Origin: Sphaerodactylus townsendi
Lineage: Eukaryota
Reading direction: 5' to 3'
Length of the DNA stretch: 64,000 nt
NCBI RefSeq assembly: GCF_021028975.2
Contig: NC_059432.1
Coordinates: 65,720,001-65,784,000, forward strand
Position 1 is the first letter of the stretch, and every line of letters begins with the position of its first letter. Both the position numbers and the translations under genes were made by a program. Shown here piece after piece: positions 37,441-50,510 of the stretch. Below the pieces are notes generated by a model that worked only from the letters and a program-made list of their open reading frames with translations, was not told where the DNA came from and made no database searches.

Positions 37441-37760
37441 ATTCCGTTGCTGCCCTCGGCGACTGAGGACGTGGCGGGAGTGGGGCGCCCCGAGCGAGAG
37501 ACTTCGCGTGGCCGGAGAAGCGGGTAAGAAGCGGAGCGGCGTGTTTAAGTCCGGATACCCCAGGAGAGAATCGTGCTGCGCATCCCCCCGACGGCGGGTC
37601 GCCTCCCATTCCGAGCTGGGTCTCCAGCGGTTGCCCCACCAGCAACGGCTCGCTTCTTTTCCAGGCTCCCAGGCGTCGTACTTTTAGAGGGCAAAGGGAT
37701 GCCACTTCCTCCGACAGACGGTACAGGACATTAACCGTGCTTAGGGACTGTGGCAAGCAC

Positions 37761-40700
37761 ATGGCCAGGTGAGATTCGGTCATGCAGATCCGCCTCGAAA
37801 CTACCTGCCTGGTTTTCCTCCCTGTGTTGAAATCTCTTTCCAGGCTAGTCGTGTATCATCTGGGGAGAAGGAAGTTGGAAGAAGGCTGTTAGTCAGCATC
37901 TTGGAGACTTCTGTGGACAATTTCTGTTGCCCCCACAGCGGGGGCTCATTGCTTCAGGGAACTGTCAGTTTGTGCTGTCAAAAATGTTACAATTGGCTAG
38001 TGGCCAAGGAAGCTTAAAAATCATGTTCGCCGTTCCTTAAGTTGTATAGCAGAGCACTGTAATGGTTTCGAAGTTGGGCTGGAATATGAATACATATATA
38101 TTGTTTGGGTAATTGTGGGAGAAACACTACCTTTCTAACAGAAAGAGAAATAGAGTCCATGCAGCACCTTTAGAAAAATAGGGTTGTAGTCGACTGGAAC
38201 AATTACTATAGGTATCATTCTGCTTCTACCACATTGTTTTATGCCTTTGTAGTTCCATTTTCTGCATCGGTTATAGTGTGTTATGCTATAGGTAGTTTTG
38301 TTTTTGGTATTGTCTGGGGGACATAGGTATAGATTTTTTATGGGGGGGCTGGGGGTGGAGCCAGGCCCCCACCCGCCCCTGGGGGCATGGCCACATCTCC
38401 CCAAGTCGGAAAAGCCAGAAAGGTTGCCTCTTCTTTAAAGTGGAGATCTAGAACAGTTGTGGACTTGGTTAAATTTTTATCATGCTGGGTGAATCAGGCT
38501 GTCTTTTCCCACAGGCTCCTTGGAAGAAGGTGCAAAAGTGAAGTTTCTCTCACTGAAAAATATAAAATCCAGCAATCATTGGGAACCTTATCCATTAGTA
38601 TATGGAACACACGTGTCCCTGTCAACTGAGAACATTATGTGTTTTTGCATTGAGTTCTAACTGATTTGCTTCCTAATGTGTTTAGGGTTGTTACCAAAAT
38701 GTCTACCTTTCAAACTGATGTAGTATGGTCCAGATAGCCTTCTTAAATATATGGCTTCCAGTTTGAAACAGAAGCATAGAATGATATTGTGGATCCACAG
38801 TGGCCAAATGTTTCTTTTTATATTCTCATGTGTATACTGTGACTTCTTTATATTTATTGGAACAAAAGATTCCTCATGGACAAAACTTCCTGCTGTGCAC
38901 AGTGTGGATTTCTTTGCAGGTTGTCAGAAGTATTTGAATGTGGGTTTCTCTGGTTATTGTATTGGCATTGGCAAGGAGCTGAGGCCAATGGCCAGACTTA
39001 CAGTTGTTTTCTTTTTCTATTCCAGGTTCTGTGTTTCCTGTCTGTGTCCAGCATCTTGGCACTTCACTGTGCCTAAAGTGAGTCTGTATCCCCGACAGCG
39101 CCTGGTACTGTTGGCCCTTTTGTTGGGAGTCTGTTTTGTGCTGATTGCAGCCACTGCAAATCTGTGGCATCAGAGGGCTTTTGGATCTCAAGATGGGCAG
39201 TTTGAAAGGTGGGTGTGTGGGATCACAGGGTTGCCAACTCCAGCTTGGGAAATTCCTTGAGACTTCTGGGTGGTGCCTGCAGAGATCAGGGTTTGGGGGG
39301 AAACTGATGTCTGCGATCTGGGGATCAATTGCAATTCTAGGCCTTACCTGGAAGTTGGTAACCCTATTCTGGCTTGGAGAAAACCTTTAGAAACGTGCTG
39401 AGGCCAAGAAATGGTATGAACCCCTGTCACAGAACTGAATCCTGGGTGTTTTCTTGGAGATCGTGGCAGAGAATCCAAGTAAGGGGTTTTTCCCCTAAGT
39501 AGATCAGTGCAGCTTCTTTGTCAGTGCATGAATTGCATCTGAGAGGGTAGTCTGCACTACAAACCAAGGATGCACAGTCTGTTTACTCCAGAAGCACTGG
39601 AAGAGAACTGGCTGCCACTGACTCCATTTCTAAACATCCTTAATGTTAGCTAAGCCTAAGTAATGGGTTTCTTAGAGCAGCAGTGGCGCAGTGGTTAAGA
39701 GCAGGTGCATTCTAATCTGGAGGAACTGGGTTTGATTCCCCGCTCTGCCGCTTGAGCTGTGGAGGTTTATCTGGGGAATTCAGATTAGCCTGTGCACTCC
39801 CACACATGCCAGCTGGGTGACCCTGGGCTAGTCACAGTCCTTCGGAGCTCTCTCAGCCCTACCCACCTCATAGGGTGTTTGTTGTTAGGGGGGAAGTGAA
39901 ACGAGATTGTAAGCCCCTTTGAGTCTCCTACAGGAGAGAAAGGGGGGATGTAAATCCAAACTCTTCTTCTTTTCTTCTACTTCTGAAGTACAGTTGTCCC
40001 TCCCACGTTGTGACTTTCCACATTGTGGTTTTGACTGACTATGGGTAGAAAATCACCCCCCAACCCAACTCCAGAGCTGTGCTTACCTGGAGGCCCATGG
40101 TAGGGGAGAGGACAAGGAGGCGGCAGGGCTGGCAGGGAGCCAACATGGGCAAGCGAGACAGGCCCTGTGGTGGTGTGGGCCAAGAGCCTGGGGAGGAAGA
40201 GCCTGGCCCCAGGGGTGGTGCTTGGGCTGGAAGCAGGGAAAAAGCTTGGAGACAGCCAAAAATATGTTCACATTTTTCCAGATTGTGGGGCTGGTTGGGG
40301 GGGGGGGTTTGCTGTGCCCTAACCCCCATGATCTGGAAAGACAACTTGTAGTCAGTTCTAGAACATGTTGGGAAAGTGATCTTTATACCCTCAAAATGCA
40401 CAAAGAATGAAGTTTTAATTATGGGTCAAATGGGTTTTGTTGATAAAAGGCAGGTCAGCCACCAGCCCTCTGAAAAAGGAAAATCCTGTGCACCAGTACA
40501 AGAAATTAGGCCACAAAAATGCTTCTGAATGCTGACAAATCAAAGTTGGAGTAAAGTCTAAAATAATAGCAGGAGTTATAGTGGGCTAATAACCCCATTG
40601 GATAGCAGAAGGAATTAATGCAACTAGAACGGAATCTATCTTAAACGAGAGCGTAAATGTGGGCATAGCTGTATCATCTGGTTGAGCAAGTACAGTATGC

Positions 40701-43700
40701 CCTTGGACCCTAGCTGCCTTTATCCTTTCTTTCTAGTTCTTCTGGTACTGTAACATCCCAGTCTTTATGAGAATATTAGGGGCATATTTTGTGTATTGCA
40801 AATATAATCACAGACTAGTTCGATAAACTTGCAGAAAAGATACCAGCACATATGATACATTTCCCGTTCTGCTGAGAGTGGTGTTTGCTACTCTTGTTAG
40901 GGCATTACTTCTGTCCTGATTGCTTGTTGGGTAGGAGCCATTTACAGGTGGTCCAGATGGCATGCTCTCACCAGTAGGGGAGGAACATGATGGGGGAAGG
41001 GGAGGGTCATAAAAAGATTAATAAGGGTTCTGCCTGCCAGTGTGTATGTTGGGACAAGGGGTGTGTGTGGTTATTCTGAAGTTGGTGCAATGCTGGCCAT
41101 ATGTTGAATTTGTGAACGAGAACCACTAAAAAGCCAAGATCTGTTTTCTTTGTGCAGGACATTCTGCACTGTGGTGAGATGTTTCCCACTGCAGTGGCAG
41201 TTTGTACAGAAAACATACCTTTCCTCAAAATTTTGTTGCATGTCCTAACTGGACCTCACCTTGTCAACTTCTCATTCGCATAGAGCAGTGGCATGGGGAC
41301 GCAAATGGCACCCGGGGCAAAATGCCCCCCTCCCCCACAGGGCCCGGCCCTCCCACCCCCCCTTACCTTAGTTCAGCTGGTTGCAAAGAGCAGCCAGCTG
41401 AAAAGGCAGCCTGGCTGGGCCTGCCAAGCTGCTCCGGGTTTCTGCCGGGCCTAGCAACATTTATTTAAATAGGAGCTTTTGTGAGACTTCCTTAGATACG
41501 TGAAGGAAAAAAAACACTTTCATTACAGTTAGGCACATTTAGGGCCAGAAGGAAGTTTCTCTTCACCAGTGACCCTGGCATTTATGCTTGGTTTTGGTCT
41601 CTCTCAGTCATGTTGAAGTTGGTTCTTTCTGTTTTGCAGGTACATGGCCCGATTCCAAGACCTGGAGGCCACTGACACAGACAACGCAGCTCTGAATTAT
41701 GGGGTGGTGGTTGACTGTGGGAGCAGCGGGTCCCGAGTCTTTGTGTATTTTTGGCCACCACACAATGGCAATCCTCATGACTTGCTGGACATCCGGCAGA
41801 TGCGCGATCGCAACAGCCAACCTGTTGTCAAGAAAATCAAGCCAGGTTTGCATCTTCCCTGCTGCCTTCTTGTTAATGGATGTGGGTCTTTAGAAAGTCA
41901 GTGGGAGAACTTGGGTTATAGAATCCAGTGTGTGGTGGTGGCTGCTGAGACAAATCCCTCTCTTTGTACAGGGATCTCCACAGTAGCAACAACTCCAGAC
42001 AAAGCCACTGATTACATGAGGCCCCTGCTCAGCTTTGCTGCTTGCAAGCACATACTCAAGGGGACCTAAACACAAAGGAGACCCCCTTTATGCATCTTTG
42101 TGTACAGCAGGAAATGGGAGGGAGACTCTCTGGCCTTGATTTGGTAGGAGTGGATGATGATCCCTTGGTGGGCCTGGATAGAGTGGCATTAGGTTCTTAT
42201 GAGGCAGGCAGAACTTGTGACATGGGCTGGGTGAAGAAAAAGTGAAATATCCTTGAGATGAGGGATTGCCTAGACCACTCTCCTAATATGACACAGACCT
42301 AACAGCATTCTGGGTAGTCCCTCATTCATATGTTGCAGGAGAAGGCCCCAACTCAAAGATCAACAGGTTCCCAAGCACTGTGCATTGTAAACTGGTTTAA
42401 TTATTTATTGTACTCAAATATGTTTTTATTCAACTGTTTCTCATCTGTCTCCTTTCCTCCATTTTACGCTCACGATAACCCTGAGAGATAGGTTAGGCAG
42501 AGAGAGTGACTGGCCCAGGATCACCCAAGGCACACAGGGATTTTAACCTACTTCTGCAGAATCCTAGTCCAACACTTGAATCATTACACCAGGTGAACTC
42601 TGTCCTTTTCCCACATTCAGCCGTTTTTCACAAAGTAGTGGTCTCTTAAGTTTTACTACGTGGCAGTACAAATTAACCCAGCAGCCTGGCTGGCAAGAAG
42701 CACTGTTTAAGAAGCTTAATTGTATATTCCCAGCTCCAAAGAAGCTGAGAAGGATTGGATACTTATTCTAAGAGACTACAGGTTTTCAAAATGGGGTGGA
42801 GTCTGTTATGTGGTAAGCTGAAAGGCCATGAAAAAAGCAGGGTTATGTATCTCTGTTTTCTCCATTGTGAAATACTTAGCACTGGCTTATGTAATACTTC
42901 CAGGCAGCAGGCAGCAATCCTGGAGGACCTGGTGAGGGATGTGCCGTTGGAATTTGACTTCCTTTTCTCTGAGTCACATGCAGAAGTGATATCAGGGAAG
43001 CAAGAAGGTAAGTGATAAGATTTGATTACTTCCTCCTGGGAGCTTGGCTAAGCTTGCGTGTGTGTGTGTGCATGTGTGTGCGTGCGCGCGCTAAGCTGTG
43101 TGGCATGCAGTCCAAATCAAGAACAAGGGGGTCAGTCAGCTAGTGCCTGGCAGCAGGAATGCAGTATGTGATGGCTTGATAGCTGCACGTTGTGGGAGGC
43201 AAAAGCTGTACTCTGTGTCTTAGCTTATTTAGTGTAAATAACGGATGACAGCCTGCTGTTATTGTGTCATCCCCTCAAGGTTAGGGTGCTGCAATTGCAC
43301 CATTAATTTCCCAGAGACCTAATGATGTCCATGGCTCTCTTTCCCTCAGGTGTCTATGCTTGGATAGGCATCAACTTTGTTCTGGGGCGATTTGACCATA
43401 AAGAAGGTGAGACTGGAAGAAACGGCTGTAGGCTTGAGGGTGAATTACAGCTTTCTCTTTGAGGTTATTAGGAGAGAGCATAGCCCATGCTTAATTCCTG
43501 GCAGGATTTCCCTCCCTGGATTTCCCCTGTCTCCTATTCTGGGGTCATTTCTCATTCCCCATTTTCAGCAGGTGTGCAGATGAGTGGGAATTATTTCAAT
43601 ACTCCCTCCCTCCTGTATTTCCAAATGGGGAAGGCAAGAGTGATTTCTCTCCTCCTTCCCGTATGATCTTTTTTTCTGGGATAGTGGTAACACTCTTCTT

Positions 43701-46700
43701 TATGGGATTGCAGAGGAAGATGCACTTGTTTCAGTGACCCTGGCTGGCCAGGAAGAGCCTCTATTGAGAAAGAGGACTGTTGGCATCCTAGACATGGGAG
43801 GTGCTTCTCTACAAATAGCATATGAAGTGCCCAGCACTGCAGCCTTCTCTTCTCTACAGCAGGTGTGTAAATATTGGGCAAACCAAGATAGAGGTGTTCT
43901 GTTCCAAAATGGGCACTATTCATTATCGTCTTGAAAACTACCTCCTGAATCAGACAAAGGACCCAGTGAATCCACCATCCTCTTTCCCACAATGGCCAAT
44001 CAGATGCCCCAGAAAGGCCATGAGCAAGGGTAAACAAGGCCCAAATTCCCCCTGTTGGTTGTCCCAGCTCCTGACATTCAGAGATACTTTGAACAAGTAC
44101 TTTCTTTTGCCTGTCCTAAATGTACCGCCCATCAAATCATTAAATGCCCTTGAGTTCAAGTATTGCAGTAGACCAGTGGTGGCAGATCTATGGCACACAT
44201 GCCAGAGGGGGCAATCAGAGCCCTTTATGTGGGCACGCATGCCGTCACCCCAGTTTGGGCACTCAGCAGTGGCGTAGCGCCGGGGGGGTCCGCGATGCAC
44301 CCGGCACATGCCCCTGCGGGGGCATGTGAAGGCATTCCAGGGGCATGGTGGGGGCATTCTAGGGGGAGTTCCAGGGCGTGGCGGATGGGGTGTGGCAGGG
44401 GCACAGGGCCCATATGTGCCCCAGGCACAATTTCCCCTGGCTCTGCCCCTGGCACTCAGTCTCTAAAAGGTTTGCCATCAGTGCAGTAGACTATACACTT
44501 TTTCCAGCTCTTGTTGAGATGGGTAACCAGAACTGTACGCCATCCTCTGAATTCAACCACACCAGAGAGTTGTACAAGACTATATCCTGGCTGTTTGTTT
44601 TTTAGTCCATTTCTTAATAACCCCAATAGTGGAATTTGCATTGTTCACAATTGCTTCACACACAGTCACTATTTCCTTGAGTTTTATCTGCTGTGACCCC
44701 CTAGATCTGACTCCTGGTGAGTCATTACCAATTTAAATGCCATCACTTAAAGACTCTTCTCCTTCTATGCATCACTTTATATTTATTAGAACCAAACTTC
44801 ATTTGCCATTCACTCAGCTCAGTGAGGTCCTTTTGGATCATTTAATGATCCTCTCAGATTTGCACCATCCTGAATAATTTGGTAGTATCTGCAAACTTAG
44901 TTACTTGACTGAATTGTACTGTGAATTATCCTTTTAAAAATTGATGTTATATTGGCTGCCTACCAGTGCCCTGATAGGCAAGCCAATTTTAGTGATGTTG
45001 CATTTACATTTGAGTTCTTTGACACCACTCAGGTGCACACTGTCTGGGCCTGCTTACTTTTGGTCAATTAGCTCTTGGATGTCATCTTATTATATTCACT
45101 TGACTGCATTCTTTAGACCATCTTCAGACCATTTTGATACAAGTAGCCTCCTCCCTTCTTCTACAGCAAAAATGGCCACAAACAGTTCATTAATTATTCT
45201 AGGAGAGAGCTGCCAAGAGCCTTCTTGCTGATTTCAACCTCGGCTGTGATGCACAACACACAAACCATTTGTACCGGGTCTATGTCAACACCTTCCTGGG
45301 CTTTGGGGGCAACTTTGCTCGGCAACGCTATGAAGAATTGATGCTGAATCAGACCAGCACCCACAACAGGTATCCTTGACTTCATATACTCAGGTTGTAA
45401 AAAGTCCATCCAAATGCCCAAGCTCCCAATAATTACTTCTGGGTGTGCCTGATGCTGAGAGAGATGGCTCCTGTTCTCCTTGCTGTACAAATTCCACGTG
45501 GCCACTTCGATGGCAGAATGTCAAGGAAAAAGGGTAGCAGAGTTCATGTAGTAACAGGCATGTGGCCCAACAGTATCTCGCCAAGCAGACCAGGCTTTTG
45601 CAGATAGAGATGTCTTGTGGATAACAGGGGGGAAGCAGTGATGTGAGGGAAGCACATCCGTTTGTCTTCGCTTACCACTAATTTAAAGAATACATGTATC
45701 GATGGCAGTGTGCCATCACTTGCTCATGGAGTGGTAAATCTGCTGGGAGGCATTTGTGTCTTGTGAGATGTGATCTTCTGCTCGTAGGATTTTTGCTATT
45801 TCAATCCTTTCTGATAGAAATGTGCAGTGACTGCATCACCCTGATTGATTTCCTCCCAGGTTCTCAAGAGTAAATCAAATCTAGCCAGCAACTCAATTGC
45901 AGGTAGGGGGTGGTGTCCTCTGAATGGCTAGCTGGTACTGAATAACTGCATCTTTTGGAGGCACACTGTAGTCAGAATGCATGTGTTAGGGCATGTGCTA
46001 GCACTGCTGCTAGTAATGCGTTAGGACAAGCGTATCATGTTTGTGCATTGTTACTGGGAAGAGATGAGTTAGGCTGAACATGAAGGCAGTGGAAGATGAT
46101 GGTAGTCTGGTTTCATACTTTTGCTAGTTTAGGTACAATGCAGAGAAAAATGGGGACTCTTTCTCATTACAGGTTACAGGGTGATCAGAATGGGGCAAAT
46201 CCTCAGTTGCCAATCCTAGATCCTTGCCTGCCCGTAGGACTGGAGGATGTTGTGGAGCAAGTGGGTCAGACCTGGCATGTCAGGGGCCAGGGAGATTGGC
46301 AGACCTGTGCAGAGCGGCTGTTCCCCCTGTTGGCTGGAGACAACAGTAGCCAGACCTCACTAGGGAACACCTACCAAGCACCCATTAACTTTGCTAACAG
46401 TGAGTTTTATGGGTTTTCTGAATTCTACTACTGCACAGAAGATGTGTTGCGTCTGGGAGGACCGTATCATGCACCCACCTTCATGCGTGCTGCTCAGGTA
46501 AATATGAATTGGGGGTGGGGGGGGGGAGGAAAGGACTCATCCTTACCCTTACCTGGGCCTGCCTGCCTGTGTGTGAACTCTGTGCTGATCTCTGTGTTTT
46601 GCCTTCCAGGATTATTGCAGTATGAGCTGGTCATCACTAACACAGAGGTTCAACGACAAGCTGTACTCATTGCATGCAGACTTGCATCGTGTCAAGTAGG

Positions 46701-48570
46701 AGCCATACCTTGGTGTGGGGCAGGAGCTATAGGGACTCTATTTTTTTTTCTGAATCAGATTAGTGCCAGACCAGCATCTTTGTAATAGAACCCCTATCTT
46801 TCATTTGCAGGTACCAGTGCTTTAAGTCAGCATGGATGCACCAAGTCCTCCATAAAGGGTTCAATTTCCCAACAGACTATTCTGGCCTGTATACAGCTCA
46901 GTTAGTGTATGACCGAGAGGTGCAGTGGACTCTGGGAGCCATTCTTTATAAGACCCGCTTCTTGCCGCTCAGGTAATAAAAAACACTGCCTACTAGACCC
47001 TTCTAAGCCATTCATGGAATGTAAGATACAAAAACTCAGCAGGTTCACACCGCAAATGATTGCTTCTGTTTCCGTAAGAGGTCAACCTTACATGTTGAGA
47101 ACCATTTCTAAGTTGTAAGTAAGGGGATAGGACACTGCACATAAATATTCTATGAGGCTCAGCAGTGGGAATGCAACCTGGGTCTTATTTCAAAAAACCT
47201 CAGTTTGCTGGAGGAGAATGTTGGGTGCATGCTGGACATCTCTGGTTCTGCTCAATCTCAGTTCCTTTTGAAATTCCTGTGTAGTCCTCTTGTTGACTTT
47301 CAGACATTACCCACCTGTTTTTTACATTACATCTGAGGAGATTTAAGAGACTAGCTTTGCATTTGTACAGTGAACCCATAGACATCTGGGATCTGAACAG
47401 ATATTGCTGGGGAAAGATCCTACTTGGTCCTATCATTCCCATCAGTTAGTATTATAAGGAGCAACGGATACACCCATGAGAAACTCCCATAGAAATTCCC
47501 TCAAGTTTGTCTGCTTTTACCTCTAATTTCAACCCCCCAGAGTCACCTTCCTCTACTCATTCCTTACACAACTTCTTTCTCCCCTTCAAGGCCCCCAGCA
47601 CTGGGCCCTGTCTCCTGTTTGCTGGTCTGCTCTTTCCTCAGTCCCCCTTCCTCACCACCAGGATAGAGAGTGGCTGTGGGCTCCCTCCAGCCCAAACATG
47701 GTCAGCACCCATCTTCTCTGGCTGTGGACATGCCCCCCAGCACTGCCACTGATTTTCAGACTGGCCATAGGCTCCCTCTTAGCTTAAATGTTGTCGGTTT
47801 GCAGTACCTACTTCCTCCAGCAGTTCCTGCCTTACCTTCCTGCAGCCCTTGCCCCCACCAGTGCATCTCAGGGGTTGCCAGACAGCCGATCCTGTGATGG
47901 CATGTCACAGGAGCTCCTTTATCTTTTAGTCTGTAGGGATTTGACAATCTGTCGCCTTTTTCCACCCACTTTTCAGAAGTTTCAGCCAATCTGAAGACCC
48001 ATCCAGCTTTGCAGAAAAATCCGACATCTCTCTATATATCCTTATTCTGCTTATTTTTCTTTCCACATTTTTGTCCATGTTCACAATTAGATAAGTGTAT
48101 GCTTTCCTAGTAAGAGACTGCATCTGTGGGATGATGGGGTGGTGGTAGTGGTGGTGGCGGGGGGAGGGGGGGAGCAACCTACATCCTTAACAGACAGGGC
48201 TACCAGATAAGTTCTACCTAGCATTTTCCTTTTCACATAATGTATATTCCATTAAAAATATCTGTTGCAGTTGTTAAAAGGTGTAAAGGCCCTCACCATA
48301 GAGAAACAAAATCCACATTGATCTTCTCTCCTCCTTTTCAGGGATATCCACCCAGAGGGCATCCGTCCAGCACACAGCTCGTGGCTGCATCTTTCCTTTG
48401 TCTACAATCACTATCTTTTCTTTGCATGTATTCTTGTGGTGATGCTAGCAATTGGACTCTACCTCCTCCGCTTGCACCGCATCCACCGACAGCAACTGCG
48501 CTCAGCATCATTGGACCTGTTGTGGTTGGCAGAAGTGGTGCCACTGCCAGGCCAAGAGCCAGGTTCTTGA
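37761..48570 (+). CDS. ENTPD7: Ectonucleoside triphosphate diphosphohydrolase 7 (12 coding exons)
   Basis: Coding exons 37761-37768 (ATG GCC AG|gt), 39026-39208, 41640-41845 (VVDCGSSGSR, ACR1), 41972-~42143 (garbled 3' half), 42904-43007, 43350-43406 (GVYAWIGINF), 43714-43862 (ILDMGGASLQIAYE, ACR4), 45203-45369, 46173-46497, 46610-46695, 46811-46972 (WTLGAIL), 48342-48570 (TM, DLLWLAEVVPL..., TGA). GT-AG sites and phases are consistent. Confidence 0.96.
39675..39980 (+). mobile_element. Full-length tRNA-derived SINE (Squam3-like)
   Basis: A box tggcgcagtgg, B box ggtttgattcc, body gtgaccctgggctagtcacag..ctctctcagcc..cacctca and (tct)n tail. Confidence 0.88.
44174..44483. mobile_element. hAT MITE in an ENTPD7 intron
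   Basis: TIR-like cagtggtggcagatct / aggtttgccatcagtg with a perfect 8-bp TSD cagtagac on both sides. Confidence 0.85.
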
Positions 48571-50510
48571 TCACCAAGCTACCTCTCAGAGACTGTTCCG
48601 TGGCATTGTCTTTAACAGGCCCCAAAGCTATGATAGTGAGGTGTTTTAAGCCAGAACTGTACTGAGCCCAGGCCACATCTACCTTGCCTCCTGTTGCAGC
48701 GGAGAAAAGCTGCACAGTCACAGTGGACTCTATGTTCTATTTTGTGCTTAAAAGGCCCATCCAGTGTAGAATATACAAACTGCAAATACTATGAAGGGAA
48801 AGGGGGGAGGGGTGATGGGGAGCAGATTGCTGCTGGTACAGCAGATTTGTAAGTGACCAAAAATAACTTGATTTACTCAGGGAAAGATCAGGACTTGTTT
48901 GTGCAGGATTTGGCCCTATTTTCTGGGCCAAATATCTTGTCTAGCATGATACCTCACAAGCAAAAAAATGGTGCTTGAACTCTGAGCCCAGCCCTCAAGA
49001 GTCTCCTCAGTGCTATTATAGGAAGACCAAGGGAGGAAGTCAGGCAAAAGCCCTGCAGGACTACAAAGACCCAGAAAGGGGTTTAATCAGTTGCTGCTAT
49101 TTTCCGCTTCCTTCTCCTATCGAGTGAAGGCCCAACCACTTCTTGCTGCTGTTTTTCATCTCATCTTAAGTTCATTTTATATTCTGCGCCAGCCCACCTA
49201 AAAGGGAGGTTGAAATATTTCACCCTGTTTAATGTTTTCATAGTAGCATCTAGCCCCCGGAATGAATTGTGGACTAGATATATAATTTATCTGTTTTAAT
49301 ATTTTAACTACAGTGGTCCCACTACTGTAAATCTCTGTAATCAAGAATTTCTTCATGCCAGCTGTAAATCACCATGAACTCAGAGTTATCATTCATCGTC
49401 TCTGAAGCAAGGGCAATTTTACATATGGGGGAAATTATAACTTTCAACAAGGCACAAGGTCACAGGTTCTAAAAATTTTATTTTCACAATATGTGTTTAC
49501 AGCAGATATACACATAGGTCATAAATTCAGGGGAGGATGAGAACCTGGACAAATACATCTTGGCACAAATGAGGAGGGAATAGGCCTGGTAACATAGCCC
49601 CTATTTAACGATAAAGGAAAGAGCTTCAGCTCGTGTTGTGGTGCCAGAACAGGATCACTGGCCAACTTTGTGCTAGTCCATTTCATCTGCAACTTCATAG
49701 GGTTGTGAGAATAAATAAAGGAAAGGAGAATCATGTAAGTTCCTTGAAGGGAAGACAGGATAAAATGTACTAGATATGATGACTGAGTCCAGAATTTCCA
49801 ATGGCAGAATGGAACTTTTCTGCCTCCCAGTGCAGCCTTCTGTGCTACAACTGGAGGACAGGAGACCCTAAAGGATGATATAAGGGGAATCCAATTTCCC
49901 CCTATAATCTTTTGCCCAACCAGAATGTTTACTGGATCCAACAATTAATCCCCAGCTGCTGAGGCAGGACTGTAAGTACTGTCAGGTTTTCTGAAAAGCG
50001 GAAGGGAAATATTTGAAACAAAATCAATTCAGATTGAGAATTCAGTGATTCTTTTATGTACTTGGTCCTATTGTTGTGGACAGTTTTGGCTGCAAAATTT
50101 ATTACATTGATACTGGAAGGGAGAAAGGCATGGAGCTGTGTTGAAATCAGATGAGAACCTAGAAAAGAGAGAGACAAAGAGATTCTCACTAAACTGCTGA
50201 AAGTCAACCTGTTGCTGCGTCTCAGGCATTCGAAGACCTTCATGGGGTAGAAACTTTTCCTAGAGAACTGCTGAAAGATAGACTATAGTCATGTTTCTTG
50301 ATCCATTGGTCATCCTTACCAGCTGCCGCAAGCCAGAGCCAAGTAAGAAATCTGACACAGAAGTTTTTGTATAGTGGAAGCAAACTCATTTCTTTCAGAC
50401 TACAATTTATTATGATAGAGGCATACATGCAGGTGAACTAGTAACTTCATAAACTTACTTGCACTCTTAAGTTGGTACCTGTTGAAGCAGTCTACCTGCA
50501 GCACCATGGG

